A stretch of 39,788 nt of DNA from a virus. The notes below the pieces were generated by a model. It saw only the letters and a list, made by a program, of their open reading frames with translations. It was not told the DNA's origin and searched no databases. The position numbers and the translations under genes were made by a program. Location of the stretch: IMG/VR virus record IMGVR_UViG_3300029412_000011. One strand, written 5' to 3'. Positions 1-8,309 of this stretch are shown here, piece after piece. Every line of letters begins with the position of its first letter. Within the stretch, counting starts at the first letter, position 1.

Positions 1-123
1 ACAAGTGAGGCGGTAGGATGGATACACGAAATCATGAACACTACAAAGACAAAACGGCGCATGATGCGATTAGGGCAGCGGATAAGCCGCCGGATTCAGT
101 AACAAGAACAATTAATGCTATGA
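1..123 (+). repeat. Terminal direct repeat, copy 1 (assembly overlap of a circular or circularly permuted genome)
   Basis: acaagtgaggcggtaggatggatacacg...attaatgctatga is identical to 39666-39788. Confidence 0.95.
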
Positions 124-206
124 AAGCAGTAGCGGCAATAGATGAATTTGAAGTATTTGGACGGATTAAACTCAGAGATAAGAAAACAGGCAAGATTTAT
201 AGATAG
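18..206 (+). CDS. Small phage protein, unknown function
   Basis: 62-aa ORF with a purine-rich GAGG/TAGG stretch just upstream of the ATG. It precedes the late regulator. Confidence 0.55.
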   Translation: MDTRNHEHYKDKTAHDAIRAADKPPDSVTRTINAMKAVAAIDEFEVFGRIKLRDKKTGKIYR

Positions 207-225
207 CAGGAAAGAGGTGATTCCG

Positions 226-723
226 TTGGAAAAGTCAGTCCTGATCCAGTACTGCGATATGCAAGCGGAGATAAAAGAGTTAAGGAGACTCATAAAAATG
301 ACGGAGGAGCGATTAGAGAAGATTGAGAAAGAAGGAGCGGTGAGCGATGTAGTGTCAGGCGGCATGGGAGGAATACAGCATTTTAAAGTGACGGGTTTCC
401 CTACTCCAGAACACGCAAAAGTAGAACAATTATTAGTATCAAGGCGGCAACGCTTGAAAATGAAAGAAACAGAACTTCTCGAAATTACGAATCAGGCAGA
501 AGAATACATAGAATCTATCGAAAAAAGCGAACTTCGCATCATGTTCCGCCTGTATTACATTGAAGGATTGACTTGGATGCAGGTAGCTTACAGAATGAAT
601 GATTTATTTCCCAAAAGGAAGGTGGCCTACACCGAAGAGAATTGCAGGAAAAGGAATTTTAGATTTTTTGAAGAAAATTTGAAAATGTCCCCCAATGTCC
701 CCTCAGAGTATGATAAAGTGTAA
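226..723 (+). CDS. Sigma-70 region-4-like late-gene transcriptional regulator (RinA/ArpU/DUF1492-type)
   Basis: C-terminal ELRIMFRLYYIEGLTWMQVAYRMN resembles a sigma region-4 HTH. The track ORF starts at 142, but SD AAAGAGGTGA (211-220) favours TTG 226. The position upstream of the packaging genes is typical for this family. Confidence 0.65.
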   Translation: MEKSVLIQYCDMQAEIKELRRLIKMTEERLEKIEKEGAVSDVVSGGMGGIQHFKVTGFPTPEHAKVEQLLVSRRQRLKMKETELLEITNQAEEYIESIEKSELRIMFRLYYIEGLTWMQVAYRMNDLFPKRKVAYTEENCRKRNFRFFEENLKMSPNVPSEYDKV

Positions 724-758
724 AATGAAATAAAAAGGCATAGCCGCCTTGGTTATTT

Positions 759-876
759 CTCCGTAAAACTTTCTTGAAATACATCCTATAGAAATGTGGG
801 GTGTATTTTTTGTGTATTTTTGGGAATAGTATTTTGAACTGAATAGGAGTAGAATAGAAGAAAAAGTTTTACGGAG
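759..876 (+). promoter_or_regulatory. 14-bp perfect inverted repeat pair (CTCCGTAAAACTTT 759-772 / AAAGTTTTACGGAG 863-876) bracketing the leader of the 885 gene; the 3' arm overlaps its SD
   Basis: Read directly from the sequence. The 3' arm runs into GGAGGAG (873-879), 5 nt before ATG 885. Confidence 0.5.
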
Positions 877-884
877 GAGAAAAT

Positions 885-1835
885 ATGAAAAAGATTGGTT
901 TATCAGTTTATATGATAAATGTACATAGTAAAAATATGAAACAAAAATATATAAATATAAACGAAATATATAATAATAAGTCTTTTGTCGATATAGTTGA
1001 AGAGTTTTTGAATGAAATGAAGGGGGCTTATGACCGTGATGATGAATCAGAGAATATTTTTACCACTGTAAAAACAGATAGGACAGATAAGAAGGATAAA
1101 GATGGAAGACCAGACTATAAGTGCATTTTTGGTCAGATAAAAACAGGGGATTATGGAACAGCTAGTGAATTAGTAGACTCAAGAACGGGAAAAGTGTCAC
1201 ATAATAAAACGAGTAATGAAGCAGAAGTGATACCGTTTGTTTTTGGCATGCTGATTCCTGCCGGCGATAGAGATAATGGAATTATAATATTTCAAACCGA
1301 GGGAAGATTTGGAATGAAAAGCAGTTTTGAAAAAAGGTTAAGGAAGTATATTTTAGAGAAGTATCCAGATATAGATTTTAATATGGGAGCCTTACTTCCA
1401 ACAGAATATATAGAAAAGGTGATGAAGAGAGGGGTTTTGGAAAAAATAAAATTAATTTGTTTCCAAGCTCCGTTAGATACCAGGAAGGCATTATCTGTTA
1501 ACGAAGGAATAGAAATAAAGGAAGAACGCATCTACTATGGACCAACTGGATTTATCGGAAAGAAGAAAGATGCAATTTTAGGATTTTTACATGGAAAAAA
1601 TGGATTAAAAGAAATTATTGCAGATGAAAATTTTATTTATGACGAAATGAAAATGGAATTTAAGATAGGCAATAGAAAACGGACATTTAACTTGAATAAT
1701 ATAAGTAAAATTGTTCCAATAATTGATATTACAAAAGAAATGGAAGGAAGGGGGGATCATCCAGAATACGCTTTGGTAAAAAGTGAAATAAGAAAAAATG
1801 CATTAGAATTTTTGGAAGAGGTGAGAACGTCGTGA
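885..1835 (+). CDS. Uncharacterised 316-aa soluble protein (first gene of the AT-rich accessory cassette)
   Basis: Long ORF with a strong SD (GGAGGAG). AT-rich relative to its flanks. I recognise no family motif. Confidence 0.8.
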   Translation: MKKIGLSVYMINVHSKNMKQKYININEIYNNKSFVDIVEEFLNEMKGAYDRDDESENIFTTVKTDRTDKKDKDGRPDYKCIFGQIKTGDYGTASELVDSRTGKVSHNKTSNEAEVIPFVFGMLIPAGDRDNGIIIFQTEGRFGMKSSFEKRLRKYILEKYPDIDFNMGALLPTEYIEKVMKRGVLEKIKLICFQAPLDTRKALSVNEGIEIKEERIYYGPTGFIGKKKDAILGFLHGKNGLKEIIADENFIYDEMKMEFKIGNRKRTFNLNNISKIVPIIDITKEMEGRGDHPEYALVKSEIRKNALEFLEEVRTS

Positions 1836-2422
1836 TGGAAAAATATTTACATTTATTCAGAGACATCCTAAAGAACAATAATTCTATTTATTTAATAATT
1901 AGTATCTTAATATTGTTTATTATTGGAAAGAAAAGTAATATTACTTTTTTTGATTTTTCAGATATCATAAAAAAGTACACAAGTTGTTTTCGAAAAAGCA
2001 AAATAACAATATGTATAGTATTTGTATTACCTATAATTTTAGCATATATAGCAGTTAGGGAAAATAAAATAGATGATTCTACTATTAATATTATAACAAT
2101 TATAATTTCTATTTTAACGGCAATGTTTTTTACATTGATACAGGTTATCATAGATTTAAGAGAAAAATACAAATGCAAAGAAGATATAGATGCAACTAAA
2201 AGTAAGCATATAAAAGCATTAATTAATGAAACGTTTTATTTATTAATGTATGAGATAATGAATAGTATTTTTATACTTCTTTTTTGTTTTATGACTATAT
2301 TTTCAAAAAAATATGGAGAGTTAGATAGCTATATTATTTATTATTTCTCTGTGACTTTAATATTGAACTTATTTATTGTATTAAGTAGAATGTTTGACTT
2401 GATACATAATATATTAGAATAA
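1832..2422 (+). CDS. Uncharacterised 196-aa multi-pass membrane protein (about 5 hydrophobic helices)
   Basis: ATGA start/stop overlap with the upstream gene. Hydrophobic segments include IYLIISILILFIIG, ITICIVFVLPIILAYIAV, INIITIIISILTAMFFTLIQVII, FYLLMYEIMNSIFILLFCFMTIF and YIIYYFSVTLILNLFIVLS. Confidence 0.75.
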   Translation: MMEKYLHLFRDILKNNNSIYLIISILILFIIGKKSNITFFDFSDIIKKYTSCFRKSKITICIVFVLPIILAYIAVRENKIDDSTINIITIIISILTAMFFTLIQVIIDLREKYKCKEDIDATKSKHIKALINETFYLLMYEIMNSIFILLFCFMTIFSKKYGELDSYIIYYFSVTLILNLFIVLSRMFDLIHNILE

Positions 2423-2431
2423 GTATTTGAT

Positions 2432-2455
2432 AGCACCCTTCGGGGTGCTTTTCTT
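2432..2455 (+). terminator. Rho-independent terminator after the cassette
   Basis: AGCACCC-TTCG-GGGTGCT stem-loop followed by TTTCTT. Confidence 0.8.
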
Positions 2456-2513
2456 ATCCCCTTAGCTCAGTGGTAGAGCACAAATGTCCCAGGTTCGATT
2501 CCTGGAGGGGATA
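2456..2513 (+). ncRNA. tRNA-like element lacking an anticodon arm (acceptor, D and T arms only)
   Basis: Acceptor stem ATCCCCT (2456-2462) pairs with AGGGGAT (2506-2512). D-arm is GCTC-AGTGGTA-GAGC (2465-2479). T-arm is CCAGG-TTCGATT-CCTGG (2489-2505). Only 9 nt (ACAAATGTC) lie between the D and T arms. Confidence 0.6.
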
Positions 2514-2539
2514 TTTCCAAAACGAATAAAGAGGTGGTG

Positions 2540-3277
2540 ATGATGCCGAGAAAGCCGGACGAAAGAATAATTCAGGCAAAAGAACTATACCTGAAAGGAC
2601 TGAAATTAGTTGAGATTGCAAGTCAACTAAGTCTTCCGGAAGGAACAGTTAGACGATGGAAAAGTACTTATAAATGGGATAACGAACGTTCGGATAAAAA
2701 TAGCGAACGTTCGGATAAAAAGAAAGGCGGTCAGCCTAGTAATAAAAATGCAGAAAAGCATGGTTTCTTCTCGAAGTATCTTCCGGAAGAGACCTTTTCT
2801 ATTATCCAGGACATCGAGAAGAAAAATCCTCTTGATATTCTCTGGGAGAATATACAGATTGCTTATGCAGCCATCGTAAGAGCGCAGCAGATCATGTATG
2901 TAAAAGACCATGAGGATAAGACGATTGAAAAGATAGAGGAAAAAGAGGGAAATGTTATAGGTGAAAAATGGGAGGTACAACAGGCATGGGATAAACAGGC
3001 AACATTTTTAAAAGCACAGGCAAGGGCACAAGGAGAATTAAGGTCCTTGATAAAGCAATATGATGAACTGTTGCATAGTAATTATGAACTTGCAACAGAG
3101 GAGCAGAAAGCTAGGATCGAGCAGATCAGGGCGAAGACGGAGCGGTTATCTACCGAACCAACAGACAATTTGGAGGATGGAGTTGAGATTATAAATGACG
3201 CAGACGAAAAGGCAAGTCAGAATATCGGACATAGTGATACCGAAGTATCTTCCGATATTCAACGACAAGAAACATAA
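2540..3277 (+). CDS. terS: Terminase small subunit (N-terminal HTH type)
   Basis: Contains KELYLKGLKLVEIASQLSLPEGTVRRWKS HTH and lies directly upstream of terL. SD is AAAGAGGTGGTGA. Start is ATG 2540 or 2543. Confidence 0.75.
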   Translation: MMPRKPDERIIQAKELYLKGLKLVEIASQLSLPEGTVRRWKSTYKWDNERSDKNSERSDKKKGGQPSNKNAEKHGFFSKYLPEETFSIIQDIEKKNPLDILWENIQIAYAAIVRAQQIMYVKDHEDKTIEKIEEKEGNVIGEKWEVQQAWDKQATFLKAQARAQGELRSLIKQYDELLHSNYELATEEQKARIEQIRAKTERLSTEPTDNLEDGVEIINDADEKASQNIGHSDTEVSSDIQRQET

Positions 3278-4562
3278 GCATATTATTCTCACTTCTGGGC
3301 GTGCTGGAACAAAGTCAAGCTTCGCAGCAATTAAGACAGATTATCAAATTGTTGCGAATCCCCATAGTTCCGTAGTTGTTCTTCGTAAACATCATAATAA
3401 GCTGCGAAAGACAGTTTACAAAGAAATGCTCCGAGGGCTTAACCGCTTACAGATTCCTAAGAACCGCTTTCATATTACGAAAAGCCCAATGGAGATTACC
3501 TACAAAAAGTATAAAACAACAATATACTTTTCTGGATCAGATGGCATAGATGATACAAAAGGTATCATTGATGAAGAAAAGCCAATTAAGTTGGTTGTCC
3601 TGGATGAGCTGACAGAGTTTTTTGACGATGGAGATGGAGCGGATGAACTTGCAAATATAGAAGCGACATTCGTAAGAGGAAATAAAGCCGGCTTCCAGAT
3701 GATTTATTTATATAACCCACCTAAGAACCCAAATGCACCGGTAAACCTTTGGTGTAAGGAAATGGAGAAGCGGCCAGACTGCATTCATGTACATACAGAT
3801 TACAGAGATGTGCCGGTGGATTGGCTGGGGCAGGATTTGATCGATTCTGCAGAAATCATGAAGCAAACAGATATTAAGATGTATCGTTGGACATGGCTAG
3901 GCGAAGCAGTTGGTGTCGATGAACTTATCTATTATATGTTTAGCGATAGACACAGGCAGAAGGCAGAAGCTGATAGGAGATATGACCGTATTTACATTGG
4001 TGGTGACTATGGACAACAGAATGCAACAACATTTCAGGCTTTTGGGTTGGATACATATAGAAAGAAGTTTCCGGGGTTAGCAGAGTATTATTATAGTGGC
4101 CGAGAAAGCGGCAAGCAGAAAAGCCCCTCGGAATATGCAGCTGATCTGGTGGATTTCATGGATGAGCTTCATAAACAGTATGAGAACCGAGTATTTTATA
4201 TCTTTCTTGACCCGTCTGCAAAAGGGTTAGCGGAAGAGATAAGGAGAGCCACGAGAAACTTAGATTATACTGTATTTATGAGAGATGCAGAGAACGAGGT
4301 GGCATTGGGGATTAGTCGTGTACAAAAAGCATTAGTTTTTGAAATAATGAGTATATCTCCTCATCAGGAGAAAGCAATCGAAGAGTTTGGTACGTATGAA
4401 TATGATAAGAAATCCATAGAAAAAGGAAAAGAAGTACCGATAAAAGAAAAAGATCACGCGATGGATGCAATACGCTATGCCGTTATGGGTGCGTGGGATA
4501 GGATAAAATATTGGCTTCCGATAGAAGAAGCGGAGGAGGTGCAGAAAATTGAACATATTTAG
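3195..4562 (+). CDS. terL: Terminase large subunit (PBSX-like family)
   Basis: Walker A-like ILTSGRAGTKSS and Walker B-like LVVLDELTE, with a C-terminal nuclease-like region (HAMDAIRYA). The 83-nt overlap with terS leaves the exact start uncertain. Confidence 0.85.
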   Translation: MTQTKRQVRISDIVIPKYLPIFNDKKHKHIILTSGRAGTKSSFAAIKTDYQIVANPHSSVVVLRKHHNKLRKTVYKEMLRGLNRLQIPKNRFHITKSPMEITYKKYKTTIYFSGSDGIDDTKGIIDEEKPIKLVVLDELTEFFDDGDGADELANIEATFVRGNKAGFQMIYLYNPPKNPNAPVNLWCKEMEKRPDCIHVHTDYRDVPVDWLGQDLIDSAEIMKQTDIKMYRWTWLGEAVGVDELIYYMFSDRHRQKAEADRRYDRIYIGGDYGQQNATTFQAFGLDTYRKKFPGLAEYYYSGRESGKQKSPSEYAADLVDFMDELHKQYENRVFYIFLDPSAKGLAEEIRRATRNLDYTVFMRDAENEVALGISRVQKALVFEIMSISPHQEKAIEEFGTYEYDKKSIEKGKEVPIKEKDHAMDAIRYAVMGAWDRIKYWLPIEEAEEVQKIEHI

Positions 4563-5961
4563 TTATTTTAAGAAAAAAGGAATAGATACTGTAGATGCGT
4601 CCTTCTATCGGAAAATCAAGGAATGGACAAGCTGGTATAACGGCAAGGTACGAAATTTTTCCTTTTACAAAGTCTATACAGGACGAGGTACTTATAAAAG
4701 ATGCGACCGTAAGAGCCTTGGCATGGCAAAGAAGCTTTCGGAAGATATTGCGGATCTGCTTTTAAATGAGAGAGTAACGATTACTCTTGATAATGAGCGA
4801 ACAAATGAATTTGTACATAAGATTTTAGATAAGAATCATTTTTTAGTTCAAGGTAACGACTACCAGGAACGGAAAGCTTATTCCGGTACAGTGGCATACA
4901 TTCCGTATCTGGATAACATGGAAATAACGGAAGATGGAGAAATTCTTTCAGGTAATATTAAAATGAATTATGTGGATGCACCAAATATCTACCCTGTCAG
5001 TTGGAACAATGGGGAGGTTACAGAGTGCATCTTTTTATTTCCACACACAGTAAACAGAAAGAAATATGTGCAGGTACAATCACATCTGATTCAAGGCGAA
5101 GAATATGTGATTGAAAACACTGTGCTTCAATGCGTGAGTGGAAGTCAGGAAGGAGCGGAACTTCCAGAGGAAGAATGGAGAAAATTAAAACCTTTTGCAA
5201 ATATGGCAAGGCAGGTACACACAGGCAGCGATAAGCCACAGTTTGTTATTGACCGTTTGAATATAACAAATAATGCAGATGAGAGTAACCCGATGGGAAT
5301 CGCTATCTTTGCGAATGCGATAGATATCTTAAAGAAGTTAGACATAGAATTTGATTCTTATTGCAATGAGTTCCTACTTGGCCGGAAGAGAATCTTTGTT
5401 GCACCGGAACTGCTGCATAATGTGGATGGAACCCTTGCCTTCGACCCAGAAGAAGGAATCTTTTATAACCTGCCAGAAGATTACGACAGGGGGAAAGAGG
5501 GTCTTATCAAAGATATTGATATGCAGATTCGGACAGAAGCGCACAGTGCAGCAATTAATGACGACTTGAATTACTTATCATTAAAGTGCGGCTTTGGTAC
5601 GAACAGGTATCGCTTTGAATCTTCTGGAGTGAAGACAGCAACAGAAATCATTTCAGAGAACTCTGATATGTATCGGATGATTAAAAAACATGAGATTATC
5701 CTGGAAGATGCCTTGAAGCGGTTGATTAAGATTATTATCCGATTAGGGATTGTCTTAAAAGAGCCGCTTAACGAGGATACAGATATCACGATAGAATTTG
5801 ATGATTCTATCATTGAGGATAAAGAGACGGAGAGAAAGCAGGATATGCAAGATGTAGCCATAGGAGCAATGGCGATAGAAGAATACCGGGCGAAATGGTA
5901 CGGTGAAACTGTGGAACAGGCAAGAAAGAATCTTCCGGAGCAAAATCAGGTGATGGAGTAA
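4549..5961 (+). CDS. Portal protein (SPP1 gp6-like)
   Basis: 470 aa, immediately after terL. TTG start follows GGAGGAGG. The size, position and N-terminal region are typical of gp6-type portals. Confidence 0.8.
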   Translation: MNIFSYFKKKGIDTVDASFYRKIKEWTSWYNGKVRNFSFYKVYTGRGTYKRCDRKSLGMAKKLSEDIADLLLNERVTITLDNERTNEFVHKILDKNHFLVQGNDYQERKAYSGTVAYIPYLDNMEITEDGEILSGNIKMNYVDAPNIYPVSWNNGEVTECIFLFPHTVNRKKYVQVQSHLIQGEEYVIENTVLQCVSGSQEGAELPEEEWRKLKPFANMARQVHTGSDKPQFVIDRLNITNNADESNPMGIAIFANAIDILKKLDIEFDSYCNEFLLGRKRIFVAPELLHNVDGTLAFDPEEGIFYNLPEDYDRGKEGLIKDIDMQIRTEAHSAAINDDLNYLSLKCGFGTNRYRFESSGVKTATEIISENSDMYRMIKKHEIILEDALKRLIKIIIRLGIVLKEPLNEDTDITIEFDDSIIEDKETERKQDMQDVAIGAMAIEEYRAKWYGETVEQARKNLPEQNQVME

Positions 5962-5962
5962 G

Positions 5963-7687
5963 ATGAGAGATGAATATAAAAACAAGATAGCTGATAAAAT
6001 AGCAGCACGCTTTACTGATTTGGAAGAACGCATCATGAAAGATATCGTAAGAAGAATAAGAAAAACAGGAGAAATCACCAGCACAGCCGACTGGCAGATA
6101 AACAGGTTAAAGATTCTTGGGTATTCTTCGGAAGACATTGAAAAAGCGATAAAGGACACACTGAATGCTTCTTACCCAGAAATGTTTGAGCTGTATGATA
6201 AGGTCATTGACTGGGTATATGTCCGGAATAAAGACATATACGAGCAGGTTAATGCACAATTTATCCCTTACGAAGAGAATGAGCAGATGCAGCAGCAAGT
6301 AGAAGCAATCATCAGGCAAAGCCAGGAAGACTTAGAAAACATAACAAATTCGCTTGGCTTTTATTTAAACTATAATGGAAAGATGGTTGTTACTCCATTA
6401 TCACAGATTTATATCGGTTATTTAGATAATGCCTGTTATGATATTGTTTCTGGGGCATTTGATTATGGCAGCGTTTTAAGAAGGACGGTTACACAACTAA
6501 CAAACAGTGGTATGAGGACAATTGACTATCCTTCTGGATGGACCAACAGGGTTGATGTGGCTGCCAGAAGAGCAGTTTTGACAGGAGTAGCACAGGTTTG
6601 TGGGAAGATTAATGAATACCATGCACAGCAGCTTGGAACAGAATACTTTGAAGTAGACTGGCACGCAGGAGCAAGACCAACCCATGCAGTGTGGCAGGGC
6701 AGAGTATATTCGAAGCAGCAGCTTGTTTCTGTTTGTGGTTTAGGGACAGTAACGGGACTTCTTGGAGCAAACTGTTATCATATGTATTACCCTTTCTTTC
6801 CAGGCATTTCGGTAAGAAATTATACAGATGAATGGCTGGATGAGCAGAACAAGAAGGACAATACTCCCCAAAGCTTTGATGGAAAGGCGTATACGGCTTA
6901 TGAAGCAAGACAAAAACAGAGAAAAATGGAAACAGCCATGAGAGCGCAGCGGCAGAAAGTAAAACTGATGGAGAGCGGCGGAGCGGATAAAGATGAAGTT
7001 ATGCTGCATAAAGCAAAATATCAGGCTCAATTAAGTGAGTATGCAAGATTTAGTAAACGGATGGGGTTAAAACAGCAGCGAGAGCGTATCTATCTTGATA
7101 TGAGAGGGAGAGTAGCTCCGCGAAGTCTTAAAGCTGTGAAACAATTTCCACCAGAGATGATTCAAAATGCTGGAAGAGATATTGCACAGTACAGAAGATA
7201 TAAAAATGCGATAGGAGACGCAGCAGGCTCCCTTGCAGAATTTGGACAAATAAAATATAATAATAGCGAAAAGTGGAAATACTTAGAAGGGTTGAAAGAA
7301 TATCTGACGAAGTATCCTAACAGCAGTAAGAAATATTATGATGTTTACGATACTTTGAAAAAAGAGAAACTAGCAAAAGGGATTGTATTACCGCCGGTAT
7401 GCAAGCAAGCTTTCATCTTGCCAGAAGGAAAACATGAGCCGTATCATATCATGCAGAGGATGTTAAAAAGAAAAATAACAGATGATGAAATCAGAAGCTA
7501 TATGAAAAATGCGGATATAATGTTGAACCAATGGGGCGGCAAGAGGCAAGCTTTTTATAGTAAAGACGGTGTGTGTGTTATCACAAAGACTGATGAAGGT
7601 TGGATTTATAAAACGGCATGGAAAAAAGAAGATTTTGATAGTAACACAGAAAGAATCTTGGAGGTGATTAAGAAATATGTCAGATAA
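5963..7687 (+). CDS. Minor head protein, MuF / SPP1 gp7 family, with a roughly 190-aa C-terminal extension
   Basis: MuF-type core (ARRAVLTGVAQ...DWHAGARPTHAVWQGRVYS) follows the portal gene. The C-terminal region PYHIMQRMLKRKITDDEI...VCVITKT resembles a small DUF4258/RelE-like fold. Confidence 0.8.
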   Translation: MRDEYKNKIADKIAARFTDLEERIMKDIVRRIRKTGEITSTADWQINRLKILGYSSEDIEKAIKDTLNASYPEMFELYDKVIDWVYVRNKDIYEQVNAQFIPYEENEQMQQQVEAIIRQSQEDLENITNSLGFYLNYNGKMVVTPLSQIYIGYLDNACYDIVSGAFDYGSVLRRTVTQLTNSGMRTIDYPSGWTNRVDVAARRAVLTGVAQVCGKINEYHAQQLGTEYFEVDWHAGARPTHAVWQGRVYSKQQLVSVCGLGTVTGLLGANCYHMYYPFFPGISVRNYTDEWLDEQNKKDNTPQSFDGKAYTAYEARQKQRKMETAMRAQRQKVKLMESGGADKDEVMLHKAKYQAQLSEYARFSKRMGLKQQRERIYLDMRGRVAPRSLKAVKQFPPEMIQNAGRDIAQYRRYKNAIGDAAGSLAEFGQIKYNNSEKWKYLEGLKEYLTKYPNSSKKYYDVYDTLKKEKLAKGIVLPPVCKQAFILPEGKHEPYHIMQRMLKRKITDDEIRSYMKNADIMLNQWGGKRQAFYSKDGVCVITKTDEGWIYKTAWKKEDFDSNTERILEVIKKYVR

Positions 7688-7874
7688 TGAGATTAATTAT
7701 GATAAGGAACATTATTGCCCTGTTTACGGCAAGGTCGTTCATCCAGATTTGTGTTATGATTCTATGATGTGCCTGCATAGATTTTTTAAGGTATCCTCAG
7801 TAGAAGAATTGTCACAAGTAAAAGATATCGAGGCAGCAAGAGAAAAATGCCAGATGTGCAAATATAGTGAATAA
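7677..7874 (+). CDS. Small Cys-rich protein (65 aa), unknown function
   Basis: ORF overlaps the MuF stop by 11 nt. It contains 6 Cys, including CQMC. Confidence 0.5.
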   Translation: MSDNEINYDKEHYCPVYGKVVHPDLCYDSMMCLHRFFKVSSVEELSQVKDIEAAREKCQMCKYSE

Positions 7875-7936
7875 GATTACAGCACGCAGAAATGCGTGTT
7901 ATTTTTATACTTATTTTGAGAAAGGAGAGGGTTATT

Positions 7937-8224
7937 TTGATTGAAGTAAGCGTTCGAAAGAACAAGGTAGAACTAAAGGGACACGCTGGAAGAAAGGGTA
8001 AAGACGGAATTGACCGAGCGTGTACGGCTGTTTCGGCATTGACAAACAGTTTGATTAATTCATTGCAGGATTTGACAGAAGATAAGATAACAACAGACTT
8101 AGGCAGCGGATCCGCATTAATTGAGTGGAAAGAGTTGTCCGAGAAAGGAAAGCTATTAATTGATTCCTGGTTCCTTGCAATGACAGATATTAACCAGGAA
8201 TATAATTGCATACGATTCATCTAA
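7937..8224 (+). CDS. Prp-like cysteine protease (ribosomal-processing protease / DUF464 family homologue)
   Basis: Contains GHAGRKGKDGIDRACTAVSAL, matching the Prp His...Cys dyad context (GHA...D-x-x-C-x-x-VS). SD AAAGGAGAGG lies 6 nt before TTG 7937; the track ORF starts at 7892. Confidence 0.7.
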   Translation: MIEVSVRKNKVELKGHAGRKGKDGIDRACTAVSALTNSLINSLQDLTEDKITTDLGSGSALIEWKELSEKGKLLIDSWFLAMTDINQEYNCIRFI

Positions 8225-8309
8225 ACATCTGGAAGGGTGCTTTTATTATGTCCAAAACATGATGACGAAAAAAGCTCTGGAATAACACTCATGTATGGAG
8301 GTATTTATC

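Noticed and set aside
735-760. AAGGC-ATAGCC-GCCTT hairpin as the terminator of the regulator gene
   Set aside because: The stem is only 5 bp and the T-tract is weak and interrupted. That is too marginal to call.
2456-2513. Calling this a functional tRNA gene
   Set aside because: Only 9 nt separate the D-arm from the T-arm, so there is no anticodon stem-loop and it cannot decode. It is reported as a tRNA-like ncRNA instead.
2683-2721. Tandem 18-nt repeat (CGAACGTTCGGATAAAAA twice, period 21 nt) in terS
   Set aside because: It is an in-frame duplication of 7 codons (NERSDKN/SERSDKK) in a low-complexity linker. There is no sign of regulatory or array structure.
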